From positions 7,602 through 71,601 of IMG/VR virus record IMGVR_UViG_3300008216_000011: 64,000 nt of DNA; one strand, given 5' to 3'. The notes under the pieces were generated by a model. It was not told the DNA's origin. It searched no databases and saw nothing but the letters and a program-made list of their open reading frames with translations. Made by a program: the position numbers and the translations under genes. This DNA is from a virus. Shown in pieces: positions 18,029-28,130 of the stretch. Every line of letters begins with the position of its first letter. Position 1 is the stretch's first letter.

Positions 18029-18631
18029 ATGAAAATTACAACAACATACTCTCCCTTACTAAAGGATCCCGAATTACAGAGAAACCCTGTTATTATCAGG
18101 GTTAACGAATTTAATAATCGAGCAGCGAAGGATTTTGAGACACAGATTACTCGGGCCCATAATACCGGACAGCCTGTTATTCCAATTGTCATTGATTCGT
18201 ATGGAGGGCAGGTGTATAGCCTTATGAGCATGATCTCCTCTATTAGACACTCAGAGTTACCAGTCGCGACGATTATCGAAGGAAAGGCGATGTCTTGCGG
18301 AGCAATTCTGTTTTCTTTCGGTGCCGATGGCATGAGATTTATGGATGCTGACGCAACGCTGATGATCCATGATGTTTCATCGGGAATGTGGGGGAAGATC
18401 GAAGAGATCAAAGCCTCTGCCGCAGAAGCTGAGAGATTGAACCAGAAGATCTATCGCATGATGGCGACCAACTGTGGGAACCCGGAAGAATATTTTTTGG
18501 AAATGATTCATGACCGCGGCCACACAGACTGGTTCCTTGATGCAGCAGAGGCTAAGAAGCATAATTTAGCAAACGAGATCCGAGTTCCAAAATTTAATAT
18601 TCTTGCGAACGTCGCGATCAATTTCGAATAG
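18029..18631 (+). CDS. ClpP-like protease
   Basis: IDSYGG, AMSCGA (Ser), MIHD (His), DWFLDA.EA. Confidence 0.85.
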   Translation: MKITTTYSPLLKDPELQRNPVIIRVNEFNNRAAKDFETQITRAHNTGQPVIPIVIDSYGGQVYSLMSMISSIRHSELPVATIIEGKAMSCGAILFSFGADGMRFMDADATLMIHDVSSGMWGKIEEIKASAAEAERLNQKIYRMMATNCGNPEEYFLEMIHDRGHTDWFLDAAEAKKHNLANEIRVPKFNILANVAINFE

Positions 18632-18639
18632 AGGTTATT

Positions 18640-19155
18640 ATGAGTGTTGGACCTAATTTATGGAAGAAGGAAGGTGGCGCCGTTGGGTTTAGTTCGAAAT
18701 CTGTTGAATGGGATACCCCGGCCGCATTCTTTCAACGTTTGGATTTAAGTTTTTCATTTACTTTGGATCCTTGCGCAACAGAGAGAAACGCAAAGTGTAG
18801 CAAATTCTACACCATTGAGCAGAATGGCCTAGAGCAAGATTGGGGTGGGGAGACTGTTTTTGTTAACCCGCCCTACGGCCGCGGCATCGGTGCCTGGGTT
18901 GAAAAGGCTTATAAGGAGAGTAAGAAACACAATACGACAGTTGTTATGTTGATTCCCTCTCGCACAGACACGAAGTGGTGGCACAATTATGTTATGAAGG
19001 CCAAAGAGGTTTATCTTCTTAAGGGAAGGTTGAAATTTGGTGATTCGAAGAATGCTGCGCCATTTCCTTCTGCAGTGGTGGTATTTGAGTCTGACAGTCT
19101 TCTAGCGCGCACCCCCTCAACCAATCCGCGCATGTTTTCATTAGAAAGGACATAG
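18640..19155 (+). CDS. Phage-type DNA N6-adenine methyltransferase (Dam-like)
   Basis: EWDTP, LDPCA, VFVNPPYGR, LIPSRTDT.WW, GRLKF, APFPS. Confidence 0.88.
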   Translation: MSVGPNLWKKEGGAVGFSSKSVEWDTPAAFFQRLDLSFSFTLDPCATERNAKCSKFYTIEQNGLEQDWGGETVFVNPPYGRGIGAWVEKAYKESKKHNTTVVMLIPSRTDTKWWHNYVMKAKEVYLLKGRLKFGDSKNAAPFPSAVVVFESDSLLARTPSTNPRMFSLERT

Positions 19156-19157
19156 GT

Positions 19158-19427
19158 ATGAAAAAAATTAGAAAAGTAGTAAAAAAGAATAAAAAGAAAG
19201 AGTCGAACGATGCACTTTCTGCTTTGGAGAAGAAGGCTAGCCTCTTCTTAGATATGCCGTCTGAGTGCTGTGTGTGCAGCGAAGAATTCGATAAGGAAGA
19301 TAAAGAGATGGTAGAGACTTGGCAGGTTTCAGTTTATGAAGAAAGAAAGCTGGTTAGATTAACCTGCCCAGTGTGTCACGGCAAGGTCAAAAATTTCATT
19401 GAAAGGATAAGAAATGAACAGGAATAA
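19158..19427 (+). CDS. Hypothetical Zn-finger protein
   Basis: CCVC...CPVC. Confidence 0.6.
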   Translation: MKKIRKVVKKNKKKESNDALSALEKKASLFLDMPSECCVCSEEFDKEDKEMVETWQVSVYEERKLVRLTCPVCHGKVKNFIERIRNEQE

Positions 19428-20502
19428 CAAAAGTTTTACGACCAACACATATGGCAAAGTAGAATACACGTATGAACAGGAACGCCAGTTTGCAGAATCT
19501 CTTTCGTACGATGATGTACTTTTAAAACCACAGTATTCTGAGATCTTGAGTCGTTCAGATATTGATATTGGCAGCGATTTAGGACTCAACCATCGCCTAG
19601 GCTTGCCTCTGATTGCCGCGCCGATGGACACAATTTCCGAAGCAGACATGGCCCTATCTATGGACCGCTCTGGCGGAATGGCAGTATTACATCGCTATAA
19701 TACACCGGAAGAGCAGGCAAGGGTGGCATCGACAGTTATAAAATTGCATGGCGCAACCGTCGCCGCGGCCATTGGGGTTTCGGACGATTTCCTAGTACGA
19801 GCTACAGCGCTCTATGAGGCTGGTGTGCGCACTTTCTGCTTAGATGTGGCCCATGGACACCACATTCTCGTACGGCGAGCTATAGCGTCTCTGAGGCTAA
19901 CTTATGGTAATAAAATTCATATCATGGCTGGAAATGTTGCAACGCTTGAGGGCTTGAATGACCTATCTGATTGGGGCGCTGATAGTGTTCGTGTCGGAAT
20001 CGGCGGCGGCTCGATTTGTAGTACTAGGATACAAACTGGCCATGGCATACCAACATTCCAATCTGTACTGGATTGTGCTAAAACTGACCGCGATGTAAAG
20101 ATCATCGCTGACGGAGGAATTAAAAATTCTGGCGACATTGTAAAGGTTTTGGCTGCCGGCGCAGATTTTGTTATGGCCGGTTCTATACTTGCCGGAACAG
20201 ACGAATGCCCGGGCGAACTAATAAAGACTCACGATGGAGAGTTCAAAACCTACAGAGGCATGGCCAGTAAAGACGCTCAGATGGACTGGCGCGGCCGCAC
20301 ATCATCTTTAGAAGGTGTCTCAGCAGTTGTTCCATATAGGGGCCCCGTCGCCAATGTTTTGCAGGATCTAGAAAGAGGTATCCGTAGTGGCTTTTCGTAT
20401 TCCGGCGCAAGCTGCTTAGTTGAATTACAGGCAAAGTCTAAGTTCATTAGGCAAACTGGCGCCGGCCAATTGGAAAGTACAACTCACATTAGTGGGCGAT
20501 AA
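19414..20502 (+). CDS. guaB: IMP dehydrogenase / GMP reductase family (no CBS domains)
   Basis: APMDT, DVAHGH, GNVAT, GIGGGSICSTR (catalytic Cys), IADGGI, YRGMAS. Confidence 0.85.
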   Translation: MNRNNKSFTTNTYGKVEYTYEQERQFAESLSYDDVLLKPQYSEILSRSDIDIGSDLGLNHRLGLPLIAAPMDTISEADMALSMDRSGGMAVLHRYNTPEEQARVASTVIKLHGATVAAAIGVSDDFLVRATALYEAGVRTFCLDVAHGHHILVRRAIASLRLTYGNKIHIMAGNVATLEGLNDLSDWGADSVRVGIGGGSICSTRIQTGHGIPTFQSVLDCAKTDRDVKIIADGGIKNSGDIVKVLAAGADFVMAGSILAGTDECPGELIKTHDGEFKTYRGMASKDAQMDWRGRTSSLEGVSAVVPYRGPVANVLQDLERGIRSGFSYSGASCLVELQAKSKFIRQTGAGQLESTTHISGR

Positions 20503-20503
20503 G

Positions 20504-20830
20504 ATGGAAGATGTCAAACTATCCAAATTGAGCTTTTTTGTTGATCCAAAAACACATGAGGATTTTCGAATAAGATTACATTACGATGGCTTTGGTAGTC
20601 AAAGTTATTTTTTTAAAGCTTGTCTGTTTGGCTACCTGACACAGAATGATAAGTTTATGGCTTATATCGATTCTTTCAAGGAAGACAATCAAGTTCAAAG
20701 TTATATGAAAAGATATAAGTCAACTAAACTAAGAAAGTCCGGCCAAGAGATTAAACAAAAGCTGGGCTTATCTGAAGAGGACATAGAAAACATATTCGAT
20801 ATACTAGAACAGGAGATGGTAGAATTATGA
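20504..20830 (+). CDS. Hypothetical protein
   Basis: ORF coupled to neighbours; ATG 20504 preferred. Confidence 0.65.
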   Translation: MEDVKLSKLSFFVDPKTHEDFRIRLHYDGFGSQSYFFKACLFGYLTQNDKFMAYIDSFKEDNQVQSYMKRYKSTKLRKSGQEIKQKLGLSEEDIENIFDILEQEMVEL

Positions 20831-21060
20831 AAAAATGCGCACAGAAGTGTTTAATATCAAGTAAAACGTGTGATCGGGACGATTGCAGGATGTGGATAGA
20901 CTACGAGGACGATCTTAATTGTACTCTGGTTTGTGCTTACAAGAATGGCCCATTGACTCTAAGAGAGGTAGCAAAAAGGGAAAAGCTTAGTTTCGTTAGA
21001 GTAAAACAAATTCAAGACGAAGCCATAGAAAAGATATCCAAAGTTGACTCTCTGGAATGA
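20827..21060 (+). CDS. Small Cys-rich protein with sigma70 region-4-like HTH
   Basis: LTLREVAKREKLSFVRVKQIQDEAIEKI resembles sigma region 4.2; N-terminal Cys cluster. Confidence 0.7.
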   Translation: MKKCAQKCLISSKTCDRDDCRMWIDYEDDLNCTLVCAYKNGPLTLREVAKREKLSFVRVKQIQDEAIEKISKVDSLE

Positions 21061-21149
21061 CGTAAAAAAATAGCTTTTAGCAGAATTAACATCTATTTAT
21101 ATTGAATAAGGAAACTTTAAAAAGTTCCAACCCAGGAGAATTCTTAAGA

Positions 21150-21737
21150 ATGTCACAGAAAACTACACTACTTAACGAAGCCCAGATTCGTAAGTTCATG
21201 AAATTGGCCGCTATCGGCCCCTTGGTCGAAACATTTATTGCGGAGACCGAAGAAGAGGAAATCGAAGAATCAGCTTCCACAGAAGAAGATTCTGAATTAA
21301 CCAGCGAAATGGCAGATGTCTATCGCGAAGAAGACGAAGAGGAAGCCATGCCGGCCGACCTCGACGCTGACCTAGAGGAACCTGCTCTAGAAGAGCCTGC
21401 CCTAGAAGAGCCAGAGCTTGATGCCCCTGCCGCTGACGGCGAAGTAAGCCTGTCTGACGAAGAGGTACAGAGCCTTGTTGATCTCCTCCGCGCTGCAGAG
21501 GGAGTTGTAAGCAAGCTTGAAGCTGCTCTGGCCCCTGCTGAAGAGGAAGCGGGAATGGAAATGGACCTAGAGGAACCTGCTCTAGAGCCAGAACTTGATG
21601 TCCCTGCCGCTGACGGTGAAGAAGACGAACTAGAAGAGCCAATGATGCAGGAGATCGATGATGATCTCTTGGAAACTGTGCTCAAGAAGGTCGCAAGCCG
21701 CTTGGCAACAAAAAACACCACTGAGGCAACAGAGTAA
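21150..21737 (+). CDS. Highly acidic protein with internal repeats (possible scaffold/internal head protein)
   Basis: Glu-rich; DLEEPAL...PELD.PAADGE occurs twice; CTATTTA upstream at 21093. Confidence 0.6.
   Translation: MSQKTTLLNEAQIRKFMKLAAIGPLVETFIAETEEEEIEESASTEEDSELTSEMADVYREEDEEEAMPADLDADLEEPALEEPALEEPELDAPAADGEVSLSDEEVQSLVDLLRAAEGVVSKLEAALAPAEEEAGMEMDLEEPALEPELDVPAADGEEDELEEPMMQEIDDDLLETVLKKVASRLATKNTTEATE
21369..21621 (+). repeat. Internal direct repeat (two ~55-75 bp units)
   Basis: gacctagaggaacctgctctaga...cttgatg(c/t)ccctgccgctgacgg at ~21369 and ~21564. Confidence 0.8.
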
Positions 21738-21746
21738 AAAAAAGTA

Positions 21747-21810
21747 TTGACATCTTAAGAGAAATTCTCTATAATAACAGCTGTGAGTAAAATCACGGCT
21801 GTTTTTTTTT
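21747..21810 (+). terminator. Rho-independent terminator directly preceded by a consensus sigma70 promoter
   Basis: TTGACA-17-TATAAT, then AACAGCTGTGA-gtaaaa-TCACGGCTGTT and a long T-tract. Confidence 0.75.
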
Positions 21811-21822
21811 GGAGTTATACAT

Positions 21823-22209
21823 ATGGAAGAATTAGCTAATCTGAATTCTGTTTTATGGTTTTTTATTGGAGTGTTGGCATGCCGATTTGTTTCGCGACTT
21901 ATCGATATATCTCACGCTGCTATGCTTGTAACAGAGGCCGTTAACGCCACTTTACTTATGTTAGCGAAGTTGCACGAAGACATGGCCTTCGTCATGGAAC
22001 TCAAGCGCAAACACATGCATGCTTCCGACATATCTCCAGAGAGAATCAGAGATTTTGAAAAAATGGATGAGAGGGCTATCGAAGATTGGAAAAGTATGGT
22101 AATATCAAATATGATCTCCCGAGCCCCATCTTCGTTTGGAACGTTTCTTAGGTTTTCAAACTGGAGAGAGGCCATGGCGCACATTAACGAAATTCAAAAA
22201 AGAAAGTAG
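21823..22209 (+). CDS. Hypothetical protein with N-terminal TM segment
   Basis: VLWFFIGVLAC; GGAG SD. Confidence 0.7.
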   Translation: MEELANLNSVLWFFIGVLACRFVSRLIDISHAAMLVTEAVNATLLMLAKLHEDMAFVMELKRKHMHASDISPERIRDFEKMDERAIEDWKSMVISNMISRAPSSFGTFLRFSNWREAMAHINEIQKRK

Positions 22210-22223
22210 AAGAGGACACTATT

Positions 22224-22592
22224 ATGCCACTAAAGAATATAGAAGATAGTTTAGAATCTATTGCATGGAAGACGAGCGGTACCGACCCTTCCGGTCCAGT
22301 GAAGATGAAACTACAAGTAGATAAAATCCCAGGCCTCAGAAACTTTAAACGAATAGTCCGAGAAATGGAAAGCGAAGGTTGGTCTGTCGTCGGCGAGGGT
22401 CTAAACGCTAAGAATCAAAACTTTATGATTTTATGTGCGAGAAGTTTCCCTTCATATTCTGGCTGGGTGTCCTGGGCAAAGGGATATCCATACAGGCTGC
22501 AGGAGATCAGCCCCACTACAGATCGCCCAAAGAGGATTAAATTAGGAAAGGGATCACAACTGCGCCCCGGCCGACCCCGAAAGGAAAAGTAG
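22224..22592 (+). CDS. Hypothetical protein
   Basis: ORF with GAGG SD. Confidence 0.65.
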   Translation: MPLKNIEDSLESIAWKTSGTDPSGPVKMKLQVDKIPGLRNFKRIVREMESEGWSVVGEGLNAKNQNFMILCARSFPSYSGWVSWAKGYPYRLQEISPTTDRPKRIKLGKGSQLRPGRPRKEK

Positions 22593-22594
22593 AA

Positions 22595-23173
22595 ATGCCC
22601 GAAGAAGCAGGCCCCCGAATTATTGGATTGTATGGGGATATTGACGACGAACGCGCCGCAGATACATTGAATGGGCTGATTGCACTTCATCACGACAGAT
22701 TTCGGTTCGAACCAGTGGACCCCGACGACCCGGACTGCGAAGAGTTTCGGGAGATCGTACTTCCTATAGAATTGTTAATCTCCACCGGCGGTGGAACACT
22801 GGGTGACATGTTCGCAATCTATGACACACTTCGTGTATTTAGGGAAGAATGTGAAATCCGGACTCACGGATTGGGTAGAGTGATGTCCGCGGGCGTCCTC
22901 CTCCTTGCTGCCGGAGAAAAGGGAAAAAGAAAAATTAGCAAAAACACCAGATTGATGATTCACAGTGTTTTGGGGGGAGACTATATGCCATATCCCTCTC
23001 TTAAGGTTGCGATAGAAGAAGCTAAAACACTTCAGGACATGATGTTCGATGCGCTCGCAGAAGAAACAAACTTGACAGTAGAGCAGCTTAACAATATGGC
23101 CAACAACAATATTGACAAGTTTTTTTCAGCAGAAGATGCCGTAGAGATGGGAATTGCTGACATTATTGTATGA
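22595..23173 (+). CDS. Second ClpP-like protease
   Basis: ISTGGG, VMSAG (Ser), MIHS (His), FSAEDAVEMGIAD. Confidence 0.85.
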   Translation: MPEEAGPRIIGLYGDIDDERAADTLNGLIALHHDRFRFEPVDPDDPDCEEFREIVLPIELLISTGGGTLGDMFAIYDTLRVFREECEIRTHGLGRVMSAGVLLLAAGEKGKRKISKNTRLMIHSVLGGDYMPYPSLKVAIEEAKTLQDMMFDALAEETNLTVEQLNNMANNNIDKFFSAEDAVEMGIADIIV

Positions 23174-23206
23174 TAATAACTACTTAGTATTAAGGGAACA
23201 AAATGT

Positions 23207-24826
23207 ATGTCAAACTTAGATAATTTAATAAAAGAACATTATTCCGAAACCCCAGCCTTCGGACTAGAGCAGATGGTGGGCCTCATTGAAGAGGTCATGG
23301 ACGAGAATAAGGAGCTTCTTGAGTCATTGTCGGCTGACGACGCCGCGAAAATCATGCCCATCGATGAAGCCGCCGATGGCCGCTTCAGTTTTGACATTCC
23401 CATTCCAAGCACGGTACCGACCGAGGCATGGGGGGACCCTAGCAGCCAGTCACGAAAAGATATTGCTAGGATCTTTGATTCTATCACCAGAGAGCCCAGC
23501 ATAAGAGCTAGAATTACGCACGTTAACTCTTTTCTCGATCCAGCGCAGGCGGCGAGGAAAGCCCCGGGCGGCAAAGTTAACACCGTCTTGAATATGATGC
23601 AAGTCATTGAGTCCCTACAGGCCTGCCTTAACGACTATAATGAGTCCTCTGCCGGCTTCGTGTTTGAGGGTTTTATGGCCGCTCTTACAGGCGGCAAGCA
23701 GATCGCCGGCCGAGTAGGCGGTACACTGCCAATTGAAGACTTTGTTGCATTCTCGGAAACGGGAGACAAAGAAGTCCCCACCAGCCTAAAGTTGCTCAGT
23801 CCCAATACCACGATCCACGGAAGTTTCACAAACTTAGTGGATTATCTCTTTATCAGAGGAGGCGCAGGCCTGCCGGAGATTAAATATCTGATTGCCCTCA
23901 AAGACGTTGAGGGCGAGACCGTAACAAAGTTGGCCCTATTTGATTTTATTATCGGTAGAGAAAACTTTGTGGATGTAATGTTACAATCAAACAACGGTGC
24001 TCTCATTGGCGAAAACGCCGCAGCCATGGCGGAACACATTAAAAACTGGCAGAATTCTCCAGAGTGGAGAGTTAAAATGGCAAAAATTCTAGAAACGTCG
24101 CCGGGCTATACTAAGGGTAGGGGCATGTTCTATGCCAATCTGAGCCCCACCGGCGAGTTTGACGACACGGCCGGCCCAGCCGCAGATCCTGAGAAGAAAC
24201 GTCACCAGTATGGGCTAGCCACCGCACAGGGAGAGATGACGGCCCTTTTGAACGCCACAAAGAGAGCCGGCTCCGAATCTGCCCACGGCACCGGACCGAC
24301 TTTTGAAGATTGGGTCAAGAACCTAGATTTGGACATGTCAGGTTATAGTGACAATAAAGTAAAGAAAATCCTTGATCAGATTCGTACTGCATGGGATAAC
24401 GGCGCCAAATCTGTTGACTCGTCTACCGATCTCGCCGAATCCTTTTACGGTTTTGGCTCGTTTCATGAAAGAGAGAAGCTTCTAATGAAAGAGGAACTAC
24501 TGTCGGAGGCCAGCAAAGATGCCGGCAGTCAGTGGGGTCTTAGTCGCGGAAACATGAACAACTTAAGGACTCTGCTGAGAACTGAATACTATGGAGAGCT
24601 TAATTTATCACAAGCCAATATCTCTCAACTCTCAAAAATCTACGCAGAGAAGCTTGGAGAGGATCTAATGTTGTTGCTGCAAACAACAAAGACTTTCACT
24701 GAGAATATCGGTAAATACTTCAGTGTTGAAGATCGTTCAGAGGCCGCCAAGGCTAACAAAGATGCTATTTCTCAAGGTGGTCAAATTATTACCAGCCTTG
24801 CGCAAGACCCGGCCGATAAAAAATAA
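23207..24826 (+). CDS. Hypothetical 539-aa protein
   Basis: Long ORF; CTACTTA upstream; AGFVFEGFMAAL...IEDF...SLKLL weakly recalls a PD-(D/E)xK layout. Confidence 0.7.
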   Translation: MSNLDNLIKEHYSETPAFGLEQMVGLIEEVMDENKELLESLSADDAAKIMPIDEAADGRFSFDIPIPSTVPTEAWGDPSSQSRKDIARIFDSITREPSIRARITHVNSFLDPAQAARKAPGGKVNTVLNMMQVIESLQACLNDYNESSAGFVFEGFMAALTGGKQIAGRVGGTLPIEDFVAFSETGDKEVPTSLKLLSPNTTIHGSFTNLVDYLFIRGGAGLPEIKYLIALKDVEGETVTKLALFDFIIGRENFVDVMLQSNNGALIGENAAAMAEHIKNWQNSPEWRVKMAKILETSPGYTKGRGMFYANLSPTGEFDDTAGPAADPEKKRHQYGLATAQGEMTALLNATKRAGSESAHGTGPTFEDWVKNLDLDMSGYSDNKVKKILDQIRTAWDNGAKSVDSSTDLAESFYGFGSFHEREKLLMKEELLSEASKDAGSQWGLSRGNMNNLRTLLRTEYYGELNLSQANISQLSKIYAEKLGEDLMLLLQTTKTFTENIGKYFSVEDRSEAAKANKDAISQGGQIITSLAQDPADKK

Positions 24827-24893
24827 ACTTATTAATTAACAATTGTGCAAAATTGTATAGAATAATACAGTATACATACAACATGGAGGATAT

Positions 24894-26465
24894 GTGCCTA
24901 ATTGCAAATTTAATTCCCGCAGAGATCTAAATGAAAAGGTTCTGAGCGGAGTAAACACTTTAGCAGACAACGTTGCTGCTACTCTTGGGCCCAAAGGCCG
25001 AAACGTAATATTACAAGAAAAGGGCAAGGAACCTTTTATTACAAAAGATGGCGTCACTGTTGCCACTTTCGTTCATCTAGATGATGAGTTTGAAAACGCA
25101 GCTGCGCAAATTATTAAACAAGCATCTTCACAAACAAACACTGCAGCGGGAGATGGCACAACTACGGCAACAGTATTGGCCCGGGCCATACTAGTGCAAG
25201 CGCAGAAGTTTCTGTCTGCCGGCGCTTCCCCCGTAGAATTGAAGAGGGGCATAGACCGAGCAGTCGAAGCGATTGTTGTCAGGTTAGACGAACTCTCAAC
25301 TCCGATCACGAGCCTAGATGATATTAGGAATATCGCTACAATTTCCGCCAACAATGATCCTCAGATTGGAAAGTTGATTGCAACGGCTGTCGACAGCGCT
25401 GGTAAGGACGGTGCGATCACTGTCGAAGAGGCTCGTTCGGTGGAAACAACTTTAGACCTGATCGAAGGTTTTAGGTTCCAATCGGGATACGCAGCATCTG
25501 CTTTTGTTACAGATGAAAGAAGAGCTGCCGTCAAGTATGACAGCCCTCTATTGCTAATCACCGATAACAAGATCGAGGCCGTTGAGCAGATTCTCCCGAC
25601 TCTGGAGACGATCTCTCGTGACGGCCGGCCCCTGGTTATAGTTGCAGAAGATATCGATGGCCAAGCTCTAGCAGCGCTGATCATGAATTCTATTCGCGGC
25701 ACGCTGAAGGTTGCAGCTATTAAAGCGCCGCGCTACGGAGAAGAGCGAAGGAACATTCTCAGCGATCTGGCCCTCGCTACTGGGGCCACCTTTATAGCCC
25801 GAGATTCCGGAATTGATTTAAGAAATGTTAAATTAAACCACCTGGGTCAGTGCAAGAGTATCGACATAACGAAAACTACAACCACCATTATTGGCGGCAA
25901 AGGTGATTATGAAAACATCGACAAGGCTGTTGAGCTTCTGAAGGCAGAAATGGTGCAAACAGACTCTATGCGTGAGAGCGAGAAGGTTCAAGAAAGAATC
26001 ACTAGACTCTCTAGTGGCATCGCCGTCGTCCGCGTAGGCGGGGCAACCGAAGTTGAGATGACAGAGAAGAAGCATAGGATAGAAGACGCTCTAGAGGCCG
26101 TAAAGTCGGCCCAGGAGGCCGGAGTCCTCCCCGGCGGCGGCATTGCCCTCATTCGCGCCACAGCGGCTCTAGAGGTCGATGTAGAGAATGAAGATCAACA
26201 ATTGGGTGTGGAGATAGTGAAGAATGCTGTGTTTGAGCCATTGAGGCAGATGGCAAAGAATTCCGGAGAATCCCCAGATTTGATCGTCGCGGCTATACAA
26301 GAAGAGTCGGCCCATCGCGGCTATAATTTTAGAACATGTGAGATTGTTGATATGCTTGAATTGGGTATCATAGACCCAACCAAGGTTACACGCTGCGCCC
26401 TGCAGAATGCAGCTTCGGCCGCTGGAACTCTAATCACAACTTCACATGCTATTGTTGAAGTATAG
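24894..26465 (+). CDS. groL: Chaperonin GroEL
   Basis: TLGPKGRNV, ITKDGVTVA, AGDGTTTATVLA, RIEDAL; no GGM tail. Confidence 0.95.
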   Translation: MPNCKFNSRRDLNEKVLSGVNTLADNVAATLGPKGRNVILQEKGKEPFITKDGVTVATFVHLDDEFENAAAQIIKQASSQTNTAAGDGTTTATVLARAILVQAQKFLSAGASPVELKRGIDRAVEAIVVRLDELSTPITSLDDIRNIATISANNDPQIGKLIATAVDSAGKDGAITVEEARSVETTLDLIEGFRFQSGYAASAFVTDERRAAVKYDSPLLLITDNKIEAVEQILPTLETISRDGRPLVIVAEDIDGQALAALIMNSIRGTLKVAAIKAPRYGEERRNILSDLALATGATFIARDSGIDLRNVKLNHLGQCKSIDITKTTTTIIGGKGDYENIDKAVELLKAEMVQTDSMRESEKVQERITRLSSGIAVVRVGGATEVEMTEKKHRIEDALEAVKSAQEAGVLPGGGIALIRATAALEVDVENEDQQLGVEIVKNAVFEPLRQMAKNSGESPDLIVAAIQEESAHRGYNFRTCEIVDMLELGIIDPTKVTRCALQNAASAAGTLITTSHAIVEV

Positions 26466-26493
26466 CACTATTTAAGGTGATACTACACTAGGA

Positions 26494-26787
26494 GTGCATG
26501 TACACATGTCTATGGACGAAACACAATTAATACAGTCTCTAACTGAGCTATCGGGCAAGATCGAAATCTTACTTGAGAAACAAGATGAGCTAGCAGAGAA
26601 TGTTAATAAAATAAAAGAAGCAGTATATAACCCAGATTCGGGATTGTATGCTAGACTTACTGCCTTAGATGGTAGAATTAAGGCCATTGAGTCATGGCAA
26701 GCAACCTCAAACAAAATTACATGGTTGGTTGTTTCAACTGTTTTTGCCCTCACAGTTACTACTATCTGGAAAGTAGTTTTTCCTTGA
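26494..26787 (+). CDS. Coiled-coil protein with C-terminal TM helix
   Basis: Heptad-rich body plus ITWLVVSTVFALTVTTIW; CTATTTA upstream. Confidence 0.6.
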   Translation: MHVHMSMDETQLIQSLTELSGKIEILLEKQDELAENVNKIKEAVYNPDSGLYARLTALDGRIKAIESWQATSNKITWLVVSTVFALTVTTIWKVVFP

Positions 26788-26833
26788 CATATAAATGTCA
26801 GGTGATATAATAAAAATAGAAAAGGAATTACAC

Positions 26834-27160
26834 ATGCGAGTAAAAGTATCATACACCACAGATGTTGAGACAGTGCCAGAGGAGGTCGGAAACATCATTA
26901 ACACAGTTGCCAACTGTTTATCACGAACTGGATTCGATTTAAACGGGGTAACTTCCAACCTTGTGCAAAACCCAGACGAAAGTCTTTTATCTGCTGGTCA
27001 GACCCTAGACGTTGTACGCCGTCGCTTGGCAACGTTAGATTTGAAGCTGGCAGATTGCCAGAACATCTTGACCGCTTTTGTTGAATACAAGAATAACCCG
27101 CCAACTGATGAAGGCGAACTTTCTTTGAACGAGGAAACCCCAGTTGTTGAATCCGACTAA
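26834..27160 (+). CDS. Hypothetical protein
   Basis: sigma70-like promoter (TTGACA...TATAAT) at ~26785 and AAGGA SD. Confidence 0.65.
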   Translation: MRVKVSYTTDVETVPEEVGNIINTVANCLSRTGFDLNGVTSNLVQNPDESLLSAGQTLDVVRRRLATLDLKLADCQNILTAFVEYKNNPPTDEGELSLNEETPVVESD

Positions 27161-27356
27161 AGGAGACTTGGTACATGTACCGGCCTCTGTAGTGCTCTGT
27201 AAGTTTGTTGAGGCATCTGATGATGTTCGAATGTTTACAGAGACGGAAAAACCAATGACGGCAGTTTTTCTAGAAAGACAAGATAACAATCGATGTAAAA
27301 TATATTACAATGGCGACTATTGGTGTATACCGATAGGCGACTTGTACACACAGTGA
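27144..27356 (+). CDS. Small KOW/SH3-like protein
   Basis: KGDLVHV start. Confidence 0.55.
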   Translation: MLNPTKGDLVHVPASVVLCKFVEASDDVRMFTETEKPMTAVFLERQDNNRCKIYYNGDYWCIPIGDLYTQ

Positions 27357-27364
27357 GGTAATAG

Positions 27365-27682
27365 ATGTTTGTTAAGTTAATTGAAGTTAAGAGAGTTGCC
27401 GGGGACAATCACGGTTTCCTGGGAGCGAACGATAAATTCACTCTAGGAGAAATATTTCTAAATCCAGAACAGATTTCTCACATGAAAGAAGATTTTCAAA
27501 TGGAAAGGTGGCTCGCCGAGGGCCTTCTCCCCGAAGGTTTGAATAGCGCCCAGAAGTTTACAAAGGTTTTCATTAATAGGTCTGGTCGTACAGCCGCAGT
27601 AACAGTTATCGGTGAAACTCCGTCCGTTATGGAAAAGATCCAAACTGTTTCTATAACACACAAACAACTCTTGAGAGGCTAA
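27365..27682 (+). CDS. Hypothetical protein
   Basis: ORF with GAGG SD. Confidence 0.65.
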   Translation: MFVKLIEVKRVAGDNHGFLGANDKFTLGEIFLNPEQISHMKEDFQMERWLAEGLLPEGLNSAQKFTKVFINRSGRTAAVTVIGETPSVMEKIQTVSITHKQLLRG

Positions 27683-27683
27683 T

Positions 27684-28073
27684 ATGTTGAAGACAGATGA
27701 AGATATACAATTTGTAGACAAGCCATGGGGCTATGAGAGGATTTGGGCAGACACAGAACACTATGTCGGCAAGTATCTCTTTATAAAAGCCGGCCATTCT
27801 TTGTCTAGGCAATTTCACAAGGTAAAGGACGAGACGGTATATGTGCTAGCTGGCCCCCTTGTGGTGGAAACTGGCCCAGAGCACCCTGAAGATGAAGTGA
27901 GACAAATTGGTGTTATCGAGGGTGAATCGCTTAGGATCCATCCGGGGATGGTTCACCGCTTCTGTGCCACTGCTGGCGCTGACGTTGAACTGATAGAAGT
28001 TAGTACAAACCATTTAGACGATGTTGTGCGCATCGAGGATGACTACGGAAGAGTTCCTAATTTTTCTGCTTGA
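27684..28073 (+). CDS. Cupin (mannose-6-phosphate isomerase-like)
   Basis: KPWGYE, SRQFH.VKDET, PGMVHRF, IEVST. Confidence 0.8.
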   Translation: MLKTDEDIQFVDKPWGYERIWADTEHYVGKYLFIKAGHSLSRQFHKVKDETVYVLAGPLVVETGPEHPEDEVRQIGVIEGESLRIHPGMVHRFCATAGADVELIEVSTNHLDDVVRIEDDYGRVPNFSA

Positions 28074-28130
28074 CATACCATTTTCTGTGCTTATATTATA
28101 TATACGAACTTGAGCACAGGAGGATATAGT

